From the NCBI GenBank assembly GCA_050013255.1, contig JBEKFP010000001.1:288001-352000 (forward strand): DNA of 64,000 nucleotides, in the 5' to 3' direction. Every line of letters starts with the position of its first letter. The stretch's first letter is position 1. Below are positions 56,464 through 64,000 of this stretch, piece by piece. The DNA comes from Candidatus Bathyarchaeia archaeon. Its GTDB lineage: Archaea > Thermoproteota > Bathyarchaeia > 40CM-2-53-6. The notes under the pieces are model-generated. The model was not told the DNA's origin. It worked only from the letters and a program-made list of their open reading frames with translations, and searched no databases. The position numbers were made by a program, and so were the translations under genes.

Positions 56464-57171
56464 GTGAACGCTGTGCCACGGATTCCGTTAATCGAGGATT
56501 TGACCGCTGGACCTATTCCGGCCGGTTCTTTTCTCGTGGTGGAATATGATGCCGCGTCGCAATGGTACAATGCGTCCCTAACCATCGCAGCTGAATGGCT
56601 AAGAACTGGAGGGCCGCTTGCGTACTATGTGGATACTCAGGCTCCTGACAGGATTCGCTCACGGCTAAGACAGTTAGGAGTGAACACAGATGCTCTCGAA
56701 AAAGGTGACCTTCTCAGGATTATTGACTGGTACACGGTCACGCTAGGTCAGAAATCTCAGGAAAAGTTCGCTTATGATTCGCTGAAAGTCGCGGATCTAA
56801 GCATCTGGTTTTCAAAGTTCCTGAAGGGCCCGCCCGAGGGCGCTTGGTTGAATATCGTGGACAACTATTCAACTTTGGCAAGGTTTAACGATGAGAAAGC
56901 TTGGGTCGAATTCGCGCTCACCCGAGCCATTCCAGCCGTTCTCCCGGGAGGACAAGTAGGAATCATAGGAATCATCAGAGGCGTCCATAGCGAATGGGCC
57001 ATCAAGCAGCTGGAAGCAGCCGTTGAAGGCGTACTCGACTTCAAACTTGAGGAAATAGGAGACGAGACAAGGAACCTCATTCGAGTTAGGAATATGCGGA
57101 ACGTAAGCTTTGACGCACGATGGCATCGTTTGAAAACTGCTGAGAACTTCGAAGTCACCCTAGAGAAGTAG
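56464..57171 (+). CDS. Stand-alone inactive RAD55/KaiC-like protein
   Basis: IPLIEDLTAGPIPAGS; Walker A replaced by YDAASQWY; IVDNYS; RVRNMR. Confidence 0.82.
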   Translation: MNAVPRIPLIEDLTAGPIPAGSFLVVEYDAASQWYNASLTIAAEWLRTGGPLAYYVDTQAPDRIRSRLRQLGVNTDALEKGDLLRIIDWYTVTLGQKSQEKFAYDSLKVADLSIWFSKFLKGPPEGAWLNIVDNYSTLARFNDEKAWVEFALTRAIPAVLPGGQVGIIGIIRGVHSEWAIKQLEAAVEGVLDFKLEEIGDETRNLIRVRNMRNVSFDARWHRLKTAENFEVTLEK

Positions 57172-57483
57172 GAAAGAGCTTGGGAGACTTGGTTATGGCG
57201 TATTCTTCTTTGGCGAACCGATACCGGTTTGGATTGTGTAGCTATTTTTCGAGTCAAACTCCACCAAGAAATTTGATCCCGGAGGGACCGTTCCGCTGAG
57301 TAGATCCTGGATTATTGGAATGCGGGGCAAATTGGCCACGTGGAGTTATCATGCAACAGGAGTTTGTAGCTTTTGTTTTCGTTTGTGTGAGTCTAATGGC
57401 GCGCAAACACACTACAAGATCCTCCTCGATTTCGGAATGAATTTTGCTAGCGCGTAGACAATCAATTCGCGTGTGGTTTTCAT

Positions 57484-58845
57484 TTGGTCAACAAACGCAC
57501 GGTCCGTATCACGTTTGCAGCCGTAATGGTTTTGATTGCACTCATTGGAGGAATCTTCTGGCAGAACCGCACTCTCGGTTGGAGCCACGAGAATCAAATC
57601 ACACAGGGTTCGGGAGATTCGAGGCTTGTCGATTTGACAACGGACCCTTCTGGTAATACGTTGCATTTGGTATGGGAAGACACCCGCGATAATAGTACTC
57701 AAGTTTACTACAAGCGCAGCGTCGATGATGGAGTAACTTGGGGTCCGGATATCAGACTGAGCAACTTGACAGCTGGAACCGTCGAGCCTGAGCCACGCAT
57801 AGGAACAGTTGGGAATACGGTTCTCGTATTCTTCTCGAACAAGACACATACCGGTGAGCACATATTCTATGTCTCCAGCGTCGACGGGGGGAACTATTTC
57901 TCGCCCCCAGCCCAATTAACCAATGACATAGGCGATCAATCCCATGCGGCCGTAGCGCTCGTTGGGTCCACGATTCATTTTGTCTACCAAGATCAGCTCA
58001 ACAATGGAGACGAACGCATCTTCTACACCAAGAGCTCCGACAAAGGCTTGACGTGGCAAGATCAAGTCGCATTAACAAACACACCTGAGGCACAAGATCA
58101 CTATCCGGCAATCGCGGCGGTGAATAATCGAGTGTTTGTAGCATGGTGTAGATATTATCAATACGATGAGGCCATTTACGCCAAAGCGAGCTTTGATTCA
58201 GGCGCGAACTGGAAACCTGACGTTCAGGTCTCAGAATACGCGCCACCATCATTCCAGGAATTTCCGGCCATCGGCTCGAACGGCACACAAGTGCACGTGG
58301 CATGGGACAGCCAAGGCATACAGTATTCGCAAAGCGAGGACTCAGGCATCACATGGTTTAATCCCATCCCCATCACGAACACCACCCGACAGTATCTCGC
58401 GCCACGGATTTCCGTTGTCAACTCTCATATCCAAATCGTGTCGGCAGCGATTTCCACAGTCGGGGCGCCTCCACGCATTAAGGTAGACTCCGATGTGTAT
58501 TACGTAAGCAGCTCAGACGGTGGTAAGAGCTGGATAAAACCACTCTCTCTTACAACGCACGAATTCGGAAGATTATCACTAGCACCCGTAATATGGAGCC
58601 AGGGAGACGTAACCTTCGTAGCTTGGGAGGACAATAGAAATGGCCGATTATCCATATTCTTCCTCTCCAACCCAGACTTTTCAGTATTGCGTGGTTTCGA
58701 GTGGCAACTGTTTGGTTTAACAGCAATCGCACTCGTCGTTACGATTATCGTCTACGTTGGTTTAGAAATCTGGATTCGCAGAACTGCGAGTCGTGGTAAG
58801 GTTCGTAGGCGGCGCTCGCGCCGCAAGAGCCAACAATCTAGTTGA
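57484..58845 (+). CDS. BNR/Asp-box (sialidase-like) beta-propeller, membrane-anchored
   Basis: Six S.D.G..W/F Asp-boxes; N-terminal signal and C-terminal TM with a basic tail. Confidence 0.85.
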   Translation: MVNKRTVRITFAAVMVLIALIGGIFWQNRTLGWSHENQITQGSGDSRLVDLTTDPSGNTLHLVWEDTRDNSTQVYYKRSVDDGVTWGPDIRLSNLTAGTVEPEPRIGTVGNTVLVFFSNKTHTGEHIFYVSSVDGGNYFSPPAQLTNDIGDQSHAAVALVGSTIHFVYQDQLNNGDERIFYTKSSDKGLTWQDQVALTNTPEAQDHYPAIAAVNNRVFVAWCRYYQYDEAIYAKASFDSGANWKPDVQVSEYAPPSFQEFPAIGSNGTQVHVAWDSQGIQYSQSEDSGITWFNPIPITNTTRQYLAPRISVVNSHIQIVSAAISTVGAPPRIKVDSDVYYVSSSDGGKSWIKPLSLTTHEFGRLSLAPVIWSQGDVTFVAWEDNRNGRLSIFFLSNPDFSVLRGFEWQLFGLTAIALVVTIIVYVGLEIWIRRTASRGKVRRRRSRRKSQQSS

Positions 58846-58872
58846 CGATGGTTTCGCTAGGTTTCCGGCAGA

Positions 58873-61413
58873 TCATTCGCTTAATGTGGCGAGCGCTTTC
58901 AACCGGATTGCCTCAACCTTTCTGTAAACCTTCGAGGGTTTCGCTACCTGGCCCTCAACTCTTAGCAAATCTTCCACTTTAACTCCGAATAGTTTCTGGT
59001 TCTCCTGAAGGTAGGGCAAGACCAAGTTCCAGTCAGCGCTCTCGACGGAGGTTAATTGGCCCCCGTTCAATTGATCCAGCCCAACCTTCCTGGATGGGTC
59101 TCTTACGTAGATTGCCCCACCTGAGGCGAGGGAGAAGAGGTTGCCGCCGGGGTATGGAGTCTCAAGCTCACGAATTCGGCCATCATCTCCTAACCCTATT
59201 CCGTTAACGACTATGAAGCCGCCCCCATTGAGGGGGTCGCCAGCCATGAAAGACTCGGCTAGGTAGTCGAGGCAAGTGCCGTTTATGACGACACGCGGGC
59301 GGCCAACGGCGTTGATGAGTGGCCGGCCGGCCGCGTTGCCTAGGACGTAGACGTCGCCGCCTTTGGCAGCGTACATGAAGGTCTGGCCAACATCCCCGAA
59401 GATAACCAGTTTCCCGGACTTCATGATCTGGGCAACTTGGTCTTGGGCTGAGGTGTGGACGTAGATTTCGGCGCCATCAAGCCCCGAACCCAAATAATCG
59501 CCGGGGTTCCCGAAGACATCGATTCGAAAGCCTTCCGAATGCTCACCCAACCCCGCACCGCAGAACCGCTGCCCACGCCAATCAAAAGACATCACACGCT
59601 TCCAACCTTGCTTATAGGCGGCTACAATCATGGCTGAAGCCGAACCTTCACCTTCCGAATCGAAACCTGAAACGTCAAGCAACAGTGTCCCCTCACTTTT
59701 GGTGGGGGACCGCAGCGAATTCCTGTTTGCTGAATTGACCAAGACCCAACCTGAATTGTGTGTGTCGGAGAGTTGCGGAAATTCTCTAAGTATTTTGAAG
59801 AGCGATGATTCCACCTTTGCGCGGATTCTTCCCTCCTTGGCGTATGGAACCAGGTGAAGACAATCTAACAGCCAGGTCAGAACTTCTACACTCTTCACTT
59901 TCTCGTTGTACCCGTTCTTCGCCGCGTTCTCTAGGTTCACGCAGAGGGCTTCGATGGATTTTGCGCCCGCTCGAGCATCAGCTAGCAGTTCCCTGAAATT
60001 GCCTGGAACCAATCTCAAAGCATCATCTAGAATTTCATTTGCTGGCCTCTTGGCTGGGACGGAAACTTCGCGCCCGAATTTGTCAGTGCATTTTAGTTGA
60101 GGTGTTCCGGAGGATCTGTCAACGGTGAAGATGAAAGCGCCCCCATCCGTGTAGCTTCCACCTCTTGCATTCCAGTAAAGGTCGGCTTTGGCTGCGTATC
60201 GAGAATCCTCGCCAGCGAGGCTCTTGAGGCAGGCGTCGATTGCTTGGCGTTCGGAAGCGATCAGGCCGATCTTGACTGGACCATCTTGTAATGCGAATAC
60301 TTGGGGTCGAAGCATTGACGTGTCGGTTATGCCCAATAGGTGCAGCTTGCTGCTGTTCTCTTCGCTTCGGCCGACTATGAAGAACCATGGCCCATCAGGT
60401 GAACCGTGAATATGTGCGGTTTGAATCTCCCGATAGAGAGACCTCTTGTCTTCGGGAAGCATGTAGAAGTCACGTTCGGTTGTCGGCGCCATCGCCTCAA
60501 TCAAAACCTCAATCGGATAACCGTACACTCTCCTCCAAAGATCGAAGAGGTAGACTGCGACCTCCGTGTCGGTCAAGAAGAGCGGGTAGATTTTTCGTTG
60601 AGCAAGGTATTCAGCGATTGAGTGGTAGTTCGAGAAGTCGCCGTTGTGCACTAGTGCCTCGTGGAGGCCGACGAAGGGATGTGCGCCGCCGGGATGCCAA
60701 ACCTTCCCCTTTGTGGGATACCGGTGGTGCCCGATCCAGACGTGTGCCTTGAAATCCTCCAACCTATAGTACCGTATGACTTGGTCTCCCCACCCAACAA
60801 TCTTCAGGACCATCATGTCCTTTCCATGCGAAAGCACGAACGCCTTCTTCTCACCGAGAGATGCGTAGAATTTCTTATTCAGAGCGTAACTGTTCTGGAA
60901 GATGAATTCGTCCTCGGCGAGTTGGCGGTCCACAATGCCGCTCTCATTCATGAATTGGCCGAGAACACCTTCCTTCACCCGGCAGAAATAGCGGCGAACG
61001 GCTGGAGGTTTCACCTGTAAGCCTGGTATACTCTTGTGGTCGGGTACGGCCCCAAGCCATTTGGCTGAGTCGACCCTCAGATTCGGCAGGATGAATTCAT
61101 TCTCGACCGCGCTGCTAGCTGAAGGGTCAAGGTATGCGATTTGGATTAGGTAGTTTTCGCGAAGAATTTCTTCTGATACTCCGAGCTGTTCTGGTGAGAG
61201 GCCTAGGGCTGCGATTCCTCCGCCCTTTCCGTTTCCGCGGTTCTTCATTTGGAGAAGCGCTTGGAGGAAGTGTTTGCCAGCGATTGGTTCTGAGCAGGCA
61301 GCGCCAACTACGCCGCACCCGCCTTCAGCCTCTAGCTTTCGGCTGAGGCTCATCCCCTCAACTAGCCTTGCACGGGATTGGATGATTCTCGCGGCTGAAT
61401 GCATTCTGCTCAC
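58873..61413 (-). CDS. gltB: Glutamate synthase-related: Ntn amidotransferase domain (GltB1) fused to GXGXG domain (GltB3)
   Basis: GGCGV, GHHRYPT, AHPF, HNGD and TDTE motifs; GDYLGSG/GNAAGR repeats. Confidence 0.88.
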   Translation of the reverse strand: MSRMHSAARIIQSRARLVEGMSLSRKLEAEGGCGVVGAACSEPIAGKHFLQALLQMKNRGNGKGGGIAALGLSPEQLGVSEEILRENYLIQIAYLDPSASSAVENEFILPNLRVDSAKWLGAVPDHKSIPGLQVKPPAVRRYFCRVKEGVLGQFMNESGIVDRQLAEDEFIFQNSYALNKKFYASLGEKKAFVLSHGKDMMVLKIVGWGDQVIRYYRLEDFKAHVWIGHHRYPTKGKVWHPGGAHPFVGLHEALVHNGDFSNYHSIAEYLAQRKIYPLFLTDTEVAVYLFDLWRRVYGYPIEVLIEAMAPTTERDFYMLPEDKRSLYREIQTAHIHGSPDGPWFFIVGRSEENSSKLHLLGITDTSMLRPQVFALQDGPVKIGLIASERQAIDACLKSLAGEDSRYAAKADLYWNARGGSYTDGGAFIFTVDRSSGTPQLKCTDKFGREVSVPAKRPANEILDDALRLVPGNFRELLADARAGAKSIEALCVNLENAAKNGYNEKVKSVEVLTWLLDCLHLVPYAKEGRIRAKVESSLFKILREFPQLSDTHNSGWVLVNSANRNSLRSPTKSEGTLLLDVSGFDSEGEGSASAMIVAAYKQGWKRVMSFDWRGQRFCGAGLGEHSEGFRIDVFGNPGDYLGSGLDGAEIYVHTSAQDQVAQIMKSGKLVIFGDVGQTFMYAAKGGDVYVLGNAAGRPLINAVGRPRVVINGTCLDYLAESFMAGDPLNGGGFIVVNGIGLGDDGRIRELETPYPGGNLFSLASGGAIYVRDPSRKVGLDQLNGGQLTSVESADWNLVLPYLQENQKLFGVKVEDLLRVEGQVAKPSKVYRKVEAIRLKALATLSE

Positions 61414-62672
61414 CTGTACACCAGCAGGTCGGTTCTTCCCTTGAGTTCCTTAATCGAGCGGAGGCCGAGGCTTGCTAGGATGGTTTTCCACTGCTCGGCC
61501 CATGAAGTGTAGAGGTTGATGATTCTTTGAGCGCCCCATTGTGGGTCAATGAGTAAAGTAAGTTCAGGGTCGGTTGTTGTGATTCCGACTTGGCAGCCCC
61601 TTCCGCGCTCGCAGTTGCCGCAGTGCGTGCATCCAACTGCAACAGCTTCAGCCGTCCCAATCACGCAGCCGTCAGCGCCGAGGGCGATGGCTTTGGCTAC
61701 ATCGTATGCGGTTCTTATTCCGCCACTCGCCATCACTGTCACCTCGTCCCTGACTCCTTCTGCGGTTAGGTAGCGGTGAACCTTCGGAATCGCATACTCT
61801 ATCGGCATGGCAATGTTCTTCTTGGCGATCTCTGGGGCTGCGCCCGTCCCGCCGTAGCCGCCGTCGATGTGCAGGATGTTCGCGTTTGCGTAGTAGCTGC
61901 CAATGGCGACCATGTCAACGTCGACTGGAGTCGAAACCTTCACGGATACCAAGCAGTGGGGATTGACGGCGCGAATCCAGTCGACATGTTTCTTGTGGTC
62001 TTCGACCGAGTAGACGCTGTGAAATGGAAATGGGGAATAGAGTGAGGTGAAGGGTAGTGATTCTCTCATGCTGGCGACTTCTGAGGTCACCTTGTCCGCG
62101 AGCAGGTGGCCCCCCAGGCCGGGTTTCGCCCCCTGCGCATACTTCAACTCCACAATCCTCGCTGCTTGAATCGTATCCTCGCGCACCCCGAACATTCCGG
62201 TCGCGACTTGCGTGATCACGGAATCCTTGTACTCCATGAGTTGCGGTGGGTATCCCCCTTCACCAGTGGAGGTGAAAGTGTTCAGCCGCCTTGCGGCAAT
62301 GGCCCTGGCAAGCATGAAGTTGAGGCTGACCGAACCGAAGGACATGCCGGCGCCGTAGATTGGGATTGGGATTGTAATCTTGGGGCCGAAGCTGCGGCGG
62401 TTCAATTCTATGGATAAGTCGTAGTCTTCGTCTTCCATGCTTGCGCTGTCTTGGATGTTCTTGAAATCCAGCCGGTCGAAGCCTCCGCCTGATTTTCCTA
62501 CCTTGTACTCAAGTTGGGTGGGAGGCTTGCCTGTCGTGGCTTGGTGGTAGGTTGCGAATATCAGGTCCGAGGTCCAGCGCTTGTTTCCGAGCCCGCCTGG
62601 GATGCCGTGTTCAAGGGTTGGCAGGACTTTGAGCCCGTGGTGGATTAGTTCAATGTGCTTCTGAACGATCAT
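61410..62672 (-). CDS. Glutamate synthase FMN-binding subunit (GltB2)
   Basis: GMSFGS, TGEGG, KYAQGAKPGLGGHL, GGTGAAP and CTHCGNCERGRGC motifs. Confidence 0.9.
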   Translation of the reverse strand: MIVQKHIELIHHGLKVLPTLEHGIPGGLGNKRWTSDLIFATYHQATTGKPPTQLEYKVGKSGGGFDRLDFKNIQDSASMEDEDYDLSIELNRRSFGPKITIPIPIYGAGMSFGSVSLNFMLARAIAARRLNTFTSTGEGGYPPQLMEYKDSVITQVATGMFGVREDTIQAARIVELKYAQGAKPGLGGHLLADKVTSEVASMRESLPFTSLYSPFPFHSVYSVEDHKKHVDWIRAVNPHCLVSVKVSTPVDVDMVAIGSYYANANILHIDGGYGGTGAAPEIAKKNIAMPIEYAIPKVHRYLTAEGVRDEVTVMASGGIRTAYDVAKAIALGADGCVIGTAEAVAVGCTHCGNCERGRGCQVGITTTDPELTLLIDPQWGAQRIINLYTSWAEQWKTILASLGLRSIKELKGRTDLLVYR

Positions 62673-62673
62673 T

Positions 62674-63999
62674 TCATGTTCCGTGCGTGATATCGGCAAA
62701 CGCCTCCTTTTCCAAATCCTCGTTGAACATCGCCCGGCCCACGTCACCCCGCAACCGTCTAACGTCTCGCATTCCCATCGCGCTCAAGATCTCGATGAGC
62801 TGGTCGTGCCACGAAACGAGCAGGTTGACCAAACGCTGCTCCCCCCACCTCGTGTCGAATTTCTCCGGCGCGATGCGGCCAGTTTCAGGTGACTTGCACT
62901 CGCCCAAGAATTGGGCTTGAAGGGCGATGAGCGCGGTTGTATCGATGGCTACGAGGTCGGCACCACAAATTATTGCCTTGGGGACGTGTTCAGCGAGTGT
63001 AATTCCTCCGCTCACGATTATTGTAACGTCGTCCCGGAGAGATTCCTTCACAAGCTTCCGATGGACGGAACGGATTAGATCCCCCACATACCTTGGGTTC
63101 TCCTTGCCCCATCCTCGACCGTGGTAATCTGCATAGAGATGAATTATGTCCACACCGACCTGAACCAAGTCTAGGGCTGTTTCATCTGAATTGTCTGAGA
63201 GTGGGACACGAACTGAAACGGGCGCTTTAGGGTTAGTTTTCCTAATTCTATCAATCGCCTCGGGCTCGTATTTCGTTAGCTCGATGGCTTGCGCGGCAAG
63301 TATCGAATAGCCGTGTTGGTAGGTGTTTGCTGGTGATATCATGGGGATTAATCGTTGCGGCTGTGGGCCTGGGAGTTGCTGAACCTGGCTTGGATGTGCG
63401 ATGAATAGAGTTCCTGTTTTTGCAGCGGCCCCGGCGATTGATTGCAGTATTGATTGGTCGTTTAGGTTTGGTGGCAGGTTGTCGAAGATTATTGGTAGTG
63501 CGATTTCGACGGTGCTGGTTGAGTGGCTGGGTTTCTGGTTGAAGAAGTCTAGAAAGCGCTGTTTCCTTCCTACGTCGACTATGGTGGAGATGTATTCCCT
63601 GCCGTAGACGCCGTCGCGTGTGGGCCGGACTATTTCTGACATGTCGGTCCACATCGAGTCCCAGCCTGGGCCGGCGAAGGCTCCTTTGTACCCCATCCCC
63701 TTGATGGGAATCTTTCCCGTCTCAGCCTCGTACGAGACCGTAGCTATTGGTGACCCGCTCGAGGTAGCGGGGTCCTCAGGAACCCAGTAGGAGTCTGCGA
63801 ATTTGTAGAATTCCGGGTTACGGTCGACCGTGCAGAAGTTTGGGTACTCCTGAACGCACCGCATGCACCCCGTACATTTTTCCCTGATGGGGTGAAAGCC
63901 ACCGAACCGGCTGCCGAATACTCCGTAAATGCATGGCCTAGTCATTAGGGCGGCGCGGTACTCTTTTCGCCTCAACTTGAAACCGTAGTCGAAGACCTC
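62674..63999 (-). CDS. Ferredoxin plus degenerate GltB2-like FMN-barrel protein (5' end probably outside the window)
   Basis: CTGCMRC; WTDMSEIVRPTRDG; SGGI..KAIICGAD; frame open to the window edge. Confidence 0.82.
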   Translation of the reverse strand, partial: EVFDYGFKLRRKEYRAALMTRPCIYGVFGSRFGGFHPIREKCTGCMRCVQEYPNFCTVDRNPEFYKFADSYWVPEDPATSSGSPIATVSYEAETGKIPIKGMGYKGAFAGPGWDSMWTDMSEIVRPTRDGVYGREYISTIVDVGRKQRFLDFFNQKPSHSTSTVEIALPIIFDNLPPNLNDQSILQSIAGAAAKTGTLFIAHPSQVQQLPGPQPQRLIPMISPANTYQHGYSILAAQAIELTKYEPEAIDRIRKTNPKAPVSVRVPLSDNSDETALDLVQVGVDIIHLYADYHGRGWGKENPRYVGDLIRSVHRKLVKESLRDDVTIIVSGGITLAEHVPKAIICGADLVAIDTTALIALQAQFLGECKSPETGRIAPEKFDTRWGEQRLVNLLVSWHDQLIEILSAMGMRDVRRLRGDVGRAMFNEDLEKEAFADITHGT

Positions 64000-64000
64000 T

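Overview
Archaeal chromosomal window. tRNA architecture, gene content and TTG/CTG starts point to a TACK lineage such as Bathyarchaeia (inference). It is mostly housekeeping and metabolic genes: ABC transporters, acyl-CoA synthetases, hisS, citrate synthase, enolase, a split glutamate synthase and a proline/hydroxyproline-type catabolic locus. No CRISPR array, rRNA or intact transposase was seen. Three things stand out. (1) A small exported precursor peptide carries two identical KALLGDGTGGGGHG units that differ only at synonymous sites, directly upstream of a tandem Lrp/AsnC regulator; this is a candidate archaeal multi-core peptide signalling module. (2) Six tRNA genes carry 15 BHB/BHL introns by my manual parse, including a four-intron tRNA-Lys with 6-7 nt exons, an acceptor-stem intron in tRNA-Asp and a variable-arm intron in tRNA-Leu; a splicing endonuclease subunit is in the same window. 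(3) Single-pass membrane proteins end in Walker-A-dead KaiC/RAD55 domains or C-terminal zinc ribbons, alongside stand-alone pseudo-KaiC proteins and a SWIB-like/zinc-ribbon mini-protein. All calls come from reading motifs by eye; no database searches were run.
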